Made by a program: the position numbers and the translations under genes. Below the pieces are notes generated by a model that had not been told where the DNA came from, searched no databases, and saw nothing but the letters and a program-made list of their open reading frames with translations. Below are positions 1 through 12,025 of a DNA stretch of 64,000 nucleotides, piece after piece. This DNA is from Tubulanus polymorphus. Taxonomy: Eukaryota > Animalia > Nemertea. Location of the stretch: positions 8,210,850 to 8,274,849 of the forward strand of contig NC_134029.1 in NCBI RefSeq assembly GCF_964204645.1. Direction: 5' to 3'. The stretch's first letter is position 1. Each line of letters starts with the position of its first letter.

Positions 1-3000
1 CTCCATTCGTTTTGAGTATTTTGGCCATTGGTGTAGATCTCAGTTAAACCTTGTTTTCTACAACGACGGGAGGCCTGCATTGGTAATAGACGTCCAATGC
101 TTCGTAGCGTTTAACTGTAGTTCCACCATGACAGGGGTCGATCTAGAAAAACTGGAGGGGCGGAGTCCAGGAGAAAAGAAAAGGTATTTTCGGATGAAGT
201 AGCCATGTCAAAGGCTATATTGGGATTCCGCCATCATTTTTAGATATTTTTTAAGAAAGGTTGCAATATCCGAGAAGATGAGTGTCAAATGAACAAGTTT
301 TAACGATTTTGTCTGGACGAAAAGAGCAACCCGGTGAAAAGGCAGGAGTCCGGACCCCTGAGACTACCCTCTAAATCCGCCCTTGCATTACTACCTAGTT
401 AAATCCGTTACTGCGACTTGTGTCTCATGTCTAGTCTAACAGCTAGCTACGAGTCCTGAATTATTGCCCGGTTTAACTAGTAAACTGCGACTGGTATTGT
501 GCATGCTCGCATTCTAGCGAATATAGCCCGCGCACGATAGCAAAAATCGACTTAAGAAGGATTAACCGTTAAGAGAGAGGGGAGTGATTGTTCGGTGTGA
601 TTAATCCACTGCCAGGTGACGCGAACTTAAGGCATAGCCACACGTCGATGACTCGGTTACAAGGCAGACTGGCGTGGCGTGACGCGAGAGCCTTCTGGCA
701 GCGGTCCCTATGGGGACGCGGCCTGGTAGCGCGCTCGTTTGCTAAGATAAACATTGGTCACTTACGCGTTAACAAAATTCGGCTATTGATTCTATAGTGT
801 AATATAAATAACTCGTTGTCTTGTTCAAATTCGTAGGTTTTAAATTTATTAGCGACCGCCTGTTTTATCTTAACGTCGCGTGAATTCCCACCTTTGTCAT
901 TTCGTCGAGACGTTTTCTTTTGAAAACGGGAAATATCGCTGGGCTATAATTCAACTAATATATTTTCTGCGCTAGTTAGAATAACTTCCCCTAATCTCCT
1001 TTTCCCGCGTCAGCTTATAAGCTCAGCAGAAAGTGAGAAACAGCATATCAATTTTTTAGCCTTATCGTTATGTCGCATTGCGTTGCTTTGATATTCCATT
1101 TTCATATACTGTTTATTTGTTATTTGAGAATTCTTCCGTAATCGACGGGTGATCTCTTAGATATTTTGCGTACTTGTTGATGACCTGTGAAAATCATCAA
1201 TGAATTCGCTTTACCCATTGCTGAGATAATAGATTTTTGGGGATACCTGCAGGGCCTGGTTACACAGTTGAGGGGTTTATAGTTAACACTGAGTTAAAAT
1301 CATTTCATTTTCAACGTTTTTACTCTTTAGCATCAAATTTTACTCAGAGCTGTGGAACTGGATCCAGCTTATGTATTATTACTAAATTTATCAAAATATC
1401 ATTCATTTAATTGATGAACCTACCGTACATTTAGTGGCGAAAGTGCTACAAACAAGTACTATCTGTCTCGTTTGACTAGAAATATCGCTTAAACGTTGAA
1501 ATGTAGATTTTGATCGAATTCTATTAATGGAGTTCATCGTCCGAATCCATAACGGCGAGGTACGATTTTTCCACTGATTGTATATTTCGTTTAATCGGGC
1601 CTTTCACCTGTGAGGGCTACGCGCGGTGAGAAGATTGATGGTTATTAGGTATTATAGCTTGGTGTATGCACGCACCGGCTTCTCTCGAGCTATCAATCAG
1701 ATACTCTGTGTGTCTGTGTACAGTGTGCGATGCTGTGACTGTTTCTTACTCGGTAAAACACGATCAACACCTTTTAGTCATCTCGTCTCTCTGTCTCTGA
1801 AGTCATTTCGAACGAAACCGTTCGTGCATCGGCTGCGGTGTTTATTCTTAATCGAGAAGTTAGTTGATATTCTGCGGATTACTCGGCCTTCGCGCATACA
1901 CCGCGAGATCGTAAACTGAGATGCCCCTTACGATTCTCGATTATTTGAGATTCATGTTTTATTGTCATTCACTTAAACGTCGTCCATGGTGCCATCGTAT
2001 AAATGTGTTTAAGGCCAGGCGTAGTCAATTTCGTGTTCATTTAGCCTATATATCTTTCTTTTCACAATGGCAACATTTTCCACTGGCAACTAAGACAGCA
2101 GTCACCAGCCCAAGTTTTAGCTAATATTCTCTTAAATGTTCCCCAAGTGCCTAGAAATTACGTGAAATTGCACTGAAATTTCAAAATTTCCCCCAGACCC
2201 CCGTTTTCGCTGGGGGGATACTTAATTTGCCCTTTTTCAGTTCATATGCCATTTGTATATCTGCTTGCTCCTGTCAATGTCTGCCCCAGGATCTACCCTC
2301 GACAATAGATGTATATGCTTGAAGAAATTAGTGCAATTTTTGTCAACAAATTTCTTGTGTCAGTTCTTTAGCAATTCAGTTATTTGGTTTTAAGTATCCT
2401 GCTTAAGTTGTTGAGCGTGTGTCATTTTTGATGCAAGACAAAGTACGAGACTAATGATGTTTTCGTCAATTCGTTTTTGAATAATCTTGTCTCGTAACAA
2501 TGTAGTAGTTCCTAGCAGGGATGTCCCAGACCTCCCTAGAGTACGTCGTCCTCCCCGGGAGATAGCATGTCGGTTCAACACGAAATGCCTAATGACACGC
2601 GTCTAGTAGACGCAAGGATTTTATGTGCAATGAATTCGAACCGCAGCCGATTAATAACGACAATGACAGCAATTTCCAGTGATGTCTCTGAAATTACGGA
2701 AATGCCTGTTAAGAGAAATGAGAAATTTATTTACTTATCCTCGAGTGCTTCTGTTAATGGCCCTAAAGACTTGACTATACACTAGACAACCGTTTCGCGA
2801 TCTACAGCATCAAACCCGCGGTTCCGTCTAAAAAAAATGTGACCGATTGGATGGTTCGCCGATGAATAGTGCAAATGGATATAAGACGATTTTTGCCCGG
2901 TGAGTGGGGAGACTTTTTCCAGACAATAGGACTCCGACCTGATCAATTTTTTAAACGATCCAATTTATTGATATCGAACTGATGTAAGATAAAAAAGGAA

Positions 3001-3507
3001 CCTGTCACGCGGCAGTAATGGGCAGGTTGAACAGACGATTAGAAAATAAATGATAAAAGAGTGATGAAAGAGGCGAATAAGGAAAAAACACTGGAAGAAA
3101 ATTAGAATTAGAACATGCTGTCGGGTTAGGGGCACTATTTCTGTAAATGAATTGGGATAAAAGAGATGATCTCGGAATTAGTGTTGAAGACCTGATCAAT
3201 CTCTACCAGTAATCGATAACAAGCGATGTTTAGCTTTGTTCGGTGACTGTTTGGAATTAAGTTATTCACTGATAGCTTATAAGCTTTGGCCTGTTATGCG
3301 TTCTGGTAAGATTTTAATGAAGCGTTAATTACGGTCGTTTATCATCTATAGTGCGCCCACTAAGTTCAGGCGGTACTTTCCGAATATTCGCACCTGATAA
3401 AGCGCTAAACTTCCTTCGAAGAAAATGTTGGACTGTAAAATGTCTATAAGACGACATCTATCGTCATTTTCGAACTTGCGTCAAAACAATGCAAAGTAAC
3501 AGCTTAA

Positions 3508-4183
3508 AGGCTGGCTTGTGTCGACAAGCGACTACGCCTACTGACGCAACTGGGTTTATCACCGATTAGTGGCCTACGAGAGGCTGCCAGTTGCTGCTGA
3601 CATAAGCCGGCTTGCGACAGCAACCCAACGCCTTCCGACTCTCCGCAACCCGTATCCAGTTAGTTGCCCATGTTCTACTCCAGCTTACAGTAGGTGGACA
3701 GTTGCTTTCGATCGTAACCGACATGAAGCTCATCTGCAACGCGACGGAACTGACTGCAGGGGTTCCAGTCAATGAAAGACTGCATATAGATAGTACTAAT
3801 TTTGAACGATAGTGTCATTAGTAATTAGTCATTAACTTTCAAATTCAAATAGTCCCAAAGGCAAACAAAATAACTCCAGCATTGTAGATGACTGGACAGA
3901 AGGTCTCGAAACAAAATTGGTAGAATTGTGGTCGATTCAGAGCTGATACATGCCTTCATATATACTATTCTCAAAATGTTCATTATTTGGCCATCAGCAA
4001 TTAGTTGAGTTGACATCAATCGTAACCGACATAAGCAGGGAAGCAACTGGGAGGATCACATATCCCGCTAGTTGGCCTCAGTTGCTGCGAATCGGAGCGC
4101 AGTCGACATAAGCTGGGCTGCGATCGCGGTTGCTCTCAGTTGCGTCGGTAGGCGTCGCGTCGCTTGTCGACATAAGCCAGCCT
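3508..4183. mobile_element. PIF/Harbinger-like MITE
   Basis: TIRs AGGCTGGCTTGTGTCGACAAGCGAC / GTCGCTTGTCGACATAAGCCAGCCT, TAA duplicated on both sides, internal GACATAAGC subrepeats. Confidence 0.8.
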
Positions 4184-4544
4184 TAAAAAAGAAAGGAGTA
4201 TAGAATAGTGACACGCTCATCAATAATCATTATCTGTCTTTACATTACTGGCCACTGATTGCCTTTTAAGAAATGCTTCTATTTAGCTGAGTTTGTCACG
4301 ATAGATTTAGGTCTCTTTTTCACTACCACCATTACCACTTTTTTATTCATTTACGAAGATTTATGACATCAACAGTTTTGATGAAATAATGTAACACTAT
4401 GAAGCGCAAATTGCTATTTGATCTGAGGCTAAATTCGGTAAAGATTAGTTCAATTTCTTTTGTTGTATTTTCTCATTTGATCTAAGGCTAAATTCAATAA
4501 AGATTAGTTCAATTTCTTACGTTGTATTTTTCAGTTCGCTCAAC

Positions 4545-4571
4545 ATGAATAACGATTTTCATAATAATTGA
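4545..4571 (+). promoter_or_regulatory. Upstream ORF (MNNDFHNN*) in the predicted NCX 5' UTR
   Basis: caacATGa lies 10 nt after the acceptor at 4534, in frame with the main ATG but terminated by TGA at 4569-4571. Confidence 0.5.
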
Positions 4572-4628
4572 ATACAGTATTCTCGCGCAGGAAACGAGCA
4601 CTATTCTATATAGAAAACGAAAAACATC

Positions 4629-5366
4629 ATGGCGCCTCACGTCTACACGAACTTCACGAATGGATACATCGTCGAGTACGGAAATATGGGTAAGGTGTGC
4701 CAGAGCTGGCTGCTGTTGCCGGCCGAGAATCTCTGGCCGCAAGGACTACGCGGGTTCTTGTACATATTCGCGATGGGCTATCTGTTCATGGGCATCGCGA
4801 TCGTCAGCGACGTGTTCATGTGCAGCATCGAGACGATCACGAGCAAACGCCGCACGATCATCCAGTGGGACGACGAGAAAAAGGAGAAGGTCGAAATTGA
4901 GGTGCTCTTCTGGAACGAAACGGTCGCCAACCTGACGCTGATGGCGCTCGGCAGCAGCGCGCCGGAGATTGTGTTGGCTATCATCGAAACGGCGGTGAAC
5001 CTCGGCAATCCGACGCCGTCAGGCTCGTTGGGCACGTTCACGATTATCGGCAGCGCCGCGTTCAATTTGCTCGTGATCACGGCGATTTGCATCATCAGCG
5101 TGCCGTCGAAGAGTTACAAACGCATCAAGGAGTTCGGCGTGTTCTGCATGACGTCGTTCTGGTCGATTTTCGCGTACATCTGGGTATTAATCGTCGTGAA
5201 ATTCGTCACGCCGAACTACGTCGACATCTGGGAGGCGTTCATCACGTTCGCGTTTTTCCCGATTATGGTGATATTGGCGTATTGCCAGGACAACGGCTGG
5301 TGGGCCCATCGGTGTCGCAAAACGTCGGCCGTCGACGTCGAACGTAACGAAGAAGAGCAAGAAATG
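4629..5366 (+). CDS. NCX: Na+/Ca2+ exchanger (SLC8/NCX family), first coding exon: TM1-TM5 and alpha-1 repeat
   Basis: GC-rich, codon-biased ORF with NCX hallmarks: YLFMGIAIVSDVFMCSIETITS, WNETVANLTLMALGSSAPEI, GTFTIIGSAAFNLLVI, FWSIFAYIW, VDIWEAFITFAFFPI. Ends at ATG|GTGAGT donor (5367), phase 0. Upstream acceptor tgtatttttcAG at 4533-4534. Confidence 0.96.
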
Positions 5367-8300
5367 GTGAGTTTCTTTTTTTTTTGTTATTTATTATATT
5401 GATAATGATATCATTAATCAGGGTTCTGTATGACTTCTTGATTCCTTAGAAATTTTTCCAAACAGAAAATGCGTTGAAACTCCTTTGATTTGAGCAAAAT
5501 GCCCGAAACCCCCTTTAAACTCCTTTAATTTTGAGAAATAGGCCGTTAGAAATGTTTGCCTAGTCTGTAGTTGTACAGTAGACGACACCTAAATCGGTAC
5601 AGTTGGGTCCAGGATCTTTTTTTACCCAATTAGGCAGTTACCAAATAAGAGAGTTTAATGGTGTAAAGGATAAAAATTGTTAACAAAACCACTGAATTAA
5701 CTGTTTACTGAGATAAATAGTACATTGATTTAGGAGAAGTTCATTGTAATTGGGATATGAAAGTGGCGCAGACACTTCCTTGGAATTTGACATTTTCTCC
5801 CTGAAAACTCCTTATATCCGTAGGGACCCTGTTCATAATAGTTAATATATTTGTTCGTTAGGATCCGCACTGAAAAGATACTTATTAACAGAAGATATAG
5901 ATCGACAGTTTGACCGTGGCGGATTCAGTTTCTTTTGAATAATTCAAGCCCCTGTATAGTCTTTTATTATTAACTCATGTATTGAGTATTGTAATCTGGA
6001 CTCAGAATAGATTAACCCTTGAGTAAAGTTTTAACCTAAAACCGTGCAGTTTTCAAAAACTCGTAGTGATAATTTAGCAACTGACTTATTGTATAGAATT
6101 TGTCTGACGTTCTTGTAGTAGTATATATGAATAGTTCTGTAGCTATTGTTACTATGCCCTATTACTCAGTGTTTCATATATATCATGTATTAGGTATGGC
6201 TTGCCGACTCTGAAAAACAGGTAATTCTGTTTTTGTTGTGATCATTCTTATTAGACGAGCTACTTAACGGAAAATATGGTTGGCCCCCATATTCCTCCTT
6301 GCGTAAGAATTACCGCGAAGATTTATCATTGACTTGCCGGTTAATTTATGCTTCAGGGGGTTGGTACTGTTGTGACTGCAGTGGCAAAAGTGAAAATGAG
6401 TAACTAAATGATGTTTTTATTTTCTGTACTACGTTTTTGACGAACTCGAAATAAATTCGCCACAGCAATATTAGAACACCTGTTAAAAATCGGCAATTGG
6501 TCGCAGCAATCAAAATTTGCTTCCAACGCGCCTGATGCCTTCCGATATTTCGTCGATTGGACGCGGTTATTTCGAGATATTATTATAGCCGGATTTATGG
6601 AGGCCGCCATCTTTCCTAAAAGCCATTTTTGATCACCGAGTTGTAGTAGAATATTGGTCACTCCGAAGCATGTTATAGAATGATAGGAATTCGCTATGTT
6701 CATGTATATACAACGGTTTGCTTTTATTGTGACGATATGATATAATATGATATGATATGATGAGACATTCACTTTATTTTCACTTTTATAAACCACTGGA
6801 ATGCCAGCGAGAAAAGTCATTTCAGTTGCTACTACAGTAGAACATTACATAGCAATGCTGTTTGTTTTCACTGATCACTTCGAGTTTGTAGCGTACACTT
6901 CATGTATTCAATGGGAGTTTCCTCGCATACTATTTAACGTGATTGGCCGAATGTACATTTGTCCGTACTGCTTCAGTCTGAAGTTGTTGGCGTAGCCTTA
7001 TTTTCAGTACGGGCACATTGATCGCCGCCGGCACTTATGTATATAAGCCCAAGTATCGACCCAACAACCCGTTGCTTTAAGGTTACTTGTCACATCGATA
7101 GGGATGAACAAAGTCAATTCCCATATCAAATACTTTTGAAGGATGGTTAACGGCACTGGTTTCATCTACCAACTAGTATAATCAGTTTTCAAACGCATTT
7201 CATACTGAATACATGCAGGGATGGACGTAGGGGTGGTCTGGGGTTTCTGGGGCCCTGCCTTCCCAATGAGGTTGCCCTTTTAACAAATTTGACATTCATC
7301 CTCTCAGAATTTTCATCTTTTAGGAAATATTTCTTCAAGAATATCTTAACACCAAAGGTGGCACCCCGCTTGCGTCCTTTGTCATGGCTGCCTTATCGGG
7401 AGCGTTGCCTTTTCTTTCTCGACTCCAGCCTTCCAATTTTCCTGGTTCAGCAATGTTATCAATTTTCAAAGGCATTTGATGTGACATGTTTTGCCGATGT
7501 CTCCTGTTTAAAGTTCGTTTGTCTTTTATACCAGCCACTAAGCTTCAGCAAACCAGTTTAAAGGAAAGGAGAAATCTTGGGTAAATTTGATGATCGCTTT
7601 AGCGAATAGCAATGAAAGGGTTAAAGTAAATTTTCAATGCTCGCATTGACGGCGACGATTTCAATATGGCTTCATAAATCATGAAACGCGTTTATCGAGA
7701 CACGTCATCTCACCTGAACTGTATCGGTATACTGTGCGTATGACAGATGTCTAAGTGGCTTTTAAAACGTCAGTCCTCGCATGCGCGAATAATTTATCAA
7801 ATTCGTCTCCTATCAATCGATATCTCTGAAGGTCCATGAGTCTCGTTCAGTTGCTTGAAAGTTGGTTTAAGGTAACAATGAACTTTTAACTGTCACTATG
7901 TCAACTATCCACTGGTTAAATTTAACCAACTTTTGAGCAACTGGCCAAAGCCTTTCAATTTTCCAAGATCTACCCCTGACGTTTTAAACTTCTCAAATAG
8001 TTTTAGTATATTTATATATATGCTATGAATATGCACACTATTTATTTCTTATTAGTACATTAGTACAGACAAGTTTGCCATTTAACTTACAACGGGTGCT
8101 GCAAGGCCTGGGAAATAATGTGGTCTTGTCGTTTAACGTGGAACCAAATAATTGGACAATGAACCCCCTATATATCTTTGACTAGTATTTATTGCACCGT
8201 ATTTATTGCACCGTGCTTAATAAGCATATGAATTTCTATATGCATAACTGGGCGAACTTCAAAAAGCAATTAGTATTTCATGTTATTTATTTAATGTACT

Positions 8301-9121
8301 TTTTTCATATCACATAATTGTTTTTATGAAATATTCTGAACATTGGAATCCCCTTGTATGTATATATAGCAACGATCACACAAGCGTTTTTGGCCCCGGG
8401 CCAAATTTGGGCCCGGAACGACTGTTCACACGGGTGCCAAATGGGCCCGAGCCTGTTTGCGAATAAAAATCGGACCAGGCCCGAGCCAAATTTTCGCACG
8501 GGACAAATTATAGCCTTTAAATCATAACTAGGACTGAAAATGAACGGGCCTGATCCGTACTGGTTTGGCACGTGCCAAATCGTCTCCGTGTGATCGCGGC
8601 ATAGCTGTCCTAACGTATCTCAATCATCTCTCTTTAAAGAGCGAAACAACAATTCTACCATTACGTATATATACTCCACGCTTGATGAGTTTATCTAAAC
8701 GAATAATCAGGCAGAGAAAAAACTGAAGCCAATCTCGAATGTTAGTAACGAAAACTTTTTATTCCTTATTTCATCGCGACGACAAATGCAACTATTCAGC
8801 GCACTTCAACTTAGATGATAAATAATGCCGTGGTGGTATTCGGCTCGACACCTTTTTCGAAGAAGAAAGCTAATGAAAGCAGCGCTAGAATTAATTGTCG
8901 TCGCATTAGAAAACACGCGGCGGCTACTCGAATTATGTTTGCGCATCCTCGTCTGTCTCGTTGTATTATGGTCGTTACTGTTGACAACGACAGAACAATG
9001 AATATACGACATCTTAGAAATCAATGCGCGAATGGATAATTTTCATCATATAATGAAACTTTGTTTTTCGACGTTGTTTTTCAGCAGTGCCATAATTGGG
9101 TAGGACATTATTGACGCCATT

Positions 9122-9450
9122 GTAAAAACCATTACAATAATGTTTACATACATTGATACCTAGTACGCTTTATTTAAGGGGTTCTTTATCCGTAAAAGAC
9201 CGTTACAATTCTGTTTATTTACATTGATACCTAGTACGCTTTATTTAAGGGGTTCTGTATCCGTAAAAAACTGTTACAATACTGATTATTTACATTCATA
9301 CCTAGTACGCATTATTCAAGGGGTTGCGTATCCGTAAAAACCCGTTACAATAATGTTTATTTACGTTGATTATTTATTTACGTTATGGTAAACCGTTACA
9401 ATTATGTTAATACACATTGATACCTAGTACACGTCATGAAGGGTTCTGTG
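9122..9450. repeat. Minisatellite, ~70 bp unit, ~4.5 copies
   Basis: Repeated gtaaaaa..cgttacaat..tgtttatttacattgatacctagtacgc..aaggggttc..tatcc. Confidence 0.85.
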
Positions 9451-11754
9451 TGAGTCGATGTGCACTAAGTCATCAATATTGGCGTTTAGAAATAACAATC
9501 ACAATTGTAAATCTTGGCGTATATGTTCTGATCGAATATATTTCACAACTCGCATTTTATTTTTGATAAATTTCGATCATTATTCTTGAGAGGATGTGCT
9601 GGACTGGTTGTTGGCCAATTCAATTCAATTATCGATAAATTCAAATCACAAATAACTTCACGTATCCTTAATATTGTATCGTCGACAATGTTAAGCGATA
9701 TACGCGTTATTTTTTCAAGGAGGTCGGTAAACTTTCGAGTTAGTTTTCGCGTTGATTCCGCATTCATTAACGTTGGTTCTTTGGAAGCGTGCGTAAACGT
9801 CTGCTTTCACTCTGTAGGCTGGTATAACTGCGAATACGTAGTACTGAGGTCTGTATGCTCGCGTTATAACTGCATAAATAATTAGTGACAAAATACTCGT
9901 TCGACGACGAAAACAGTTTATTTTGAATATGAATGACGCAACACTTGAAATTTGAACTGAAATGAGTATTTTTCCGATTATTCTCTTGCCCACTTATCGG
10001 GAATTTGTGAGCGCGAAATAACTCCTAACGTATACTCCTTTGAATATTATACGTTGTCTTTACGGTGAGGGGCGTATGGATGTGGGAACTGATAGATCTT
10101 GCAATTATTTGATCCAACCACTAGTTTAAAAAAAGACAGGGCTTTAAAGGCAAGGGGAATAGAGATTTTAGCAAAATTGGCACAGATCACAAGGGCAGAG
10201 CCGGAATTTTTGGACGGTCGGGGACCAGCGCACCATTTCTCCAGTCCCCCCTGGACGCGCTTTTGGATCAGGCCGTCAAATTCGGCCGTGCGTTCATACC
10301 CAGACCACTCATTTGATACGAAACAATGCTTAAACAAAGCGGAGTGAGTCACTTCGGGAACCTATGGCAATTCAAACGCAATAATTTGACGCGTCCTAAA
10401 ATTCGGAACTCGCCTGGTCCAACGTTTTTAGTTGGGCCAAACAGGCACCGGCCCATTTGGCACCCGTGTGACTAGTCGTTCCAAAAACGCTCGCGGCGAT
10501 CGCTGCATTAGTCCCATTTTTCCTTTCCTGTTTGATGGAATCGGTGCTCACCGCGCCTGAAACAATGGAAGTATCTGTCTGATGAAAAAGCGGAATTTAG
10601 ATGACAGATCTTTAAAAATCTCGAGCGTCACCGGTTGCGTCGTCGTGAGACGCTGTTTGCCTGATTGATTTACGCCCGGGGTTTCTCTTCGGGGTTCGTA
10701 CTATAAATCATGCGATAGTTTTGTCAGATTTCCAATGGATGTCAGTCGGGGTGGGTGTAATCAAATCGAATCTAATCAGAGCTAGCTACTGAAAGTCTCG
10801 CAAAAATGCCAGAGATGAACACGGAGATGTTAACAAATAAGTTGTCTGTTCGCGTATTCAGAAACATTTTGAAAATACTAATCTTGAAGTGTGTTCATAT
10901 ATTTGGCCACCACATATAAATATACATGATAGCATTGCTTGTGGATTGGATGATTTTTATTACTGATAGAACAATGATACTGATCAATGATATGATCATC
11001 ATCGCATCAATCGCAGTGGGTTTAAAAAATAGAGAAATGAGTTGAAGTTAACCTTATGTTGTAAATCTCAAATCTGTAAATCACTGGCGCCAGAAATGAT
11101 TTTATATTTGTAAGTTTTAGGTTTAAGTTTGATGAAATACACGATTTTCATTACAATCAATTTCAATGTATATATACATGTATATATGCTGGGATATCTG
11201 GAAATATTGTCTCCCCACATCGTAGATTTAATTTCTTGTACGAAAATTACCAATTGATGATAACCAATGTTTCTGGCGAATAAGTAACAAATCATCTATG
11301 ATATGTATATATTATATATAAGCTTACTTCATTCCTACATAGTTAGATATACGTTACGACTAATGAAGTGTCTATTTAATCGTAATCACCAGGATATATT
11401 TAATACGTATAGATGATCTATATCTCTCCTCGTCGTATTGCCCATTCAACCTGAGCAACACGATGCGGCGCGTATTCGCATTCGATCATTTCTTCCGGGG
11501 ATGGATCTCGCCGCTTTATTTCCCCTGGTGATAGTATTGATGCGGTGATAATGCTTTCCTCGATAGTAGAAGAAGACATTGACCGCAGTTCACGTCCAGA
11601 GCTTCTGTTATCGATGATATTCTCCCCGTATATTGTCCGGATATGGTGGATCTGCTTGAAAGATGAAGTCTCGGCTATACCTTGGGTCTTGGACAGTTGG
11701 TTCGTTTTGGAAACTCATATGGTTGCCATGGCTGCATTCTCGGAATTTTGTTTG

Positions 11755-12025
11755 GGGCTGGTTGTACAGTCCTGACTTAAGTCCAAAAGTGGTCTTTAAT
11801 TAAAATATTGGTCTTACGTTGTTAGATTAACTAAAGAAGTAAGTTTGTCTTAGACTGGTCTTAAGTCTAAGCTGTGACTATGTAACTAGCCCCTGGGGCC
11901 GGTTGGCTTATAGACTTAAGACCAGTCTAAAACCAACTTAGTTCTATAGCCAATCTTACAACTTAAGACCTGTCTTAAGATTTAAGACAACTTTTGGACT
12001 AAAGTCACGACTGTGCAACTGGCCC
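11755..12025. mobile_element. Two GGGCCAGTTG-type Harbinger-like MITEs in inverted orientation
   Basis: Each ~135 bp copy has GGGCYRGTTG..CAACTRGCCC ends; they meet at CTG (11893-11895). Related copies at ~1251-1365, ~7845-7946, ~20360-20471, ~24638-25867, ~34878-35312, 40014-40172. Confidence 0.75.

Noticed and set aside
5367-5402. ORF-track extension of NCX to 5402 (VSFFFFCYLLY*)
   Set aside because: Read-through into the intron past the GTGAGT donor.
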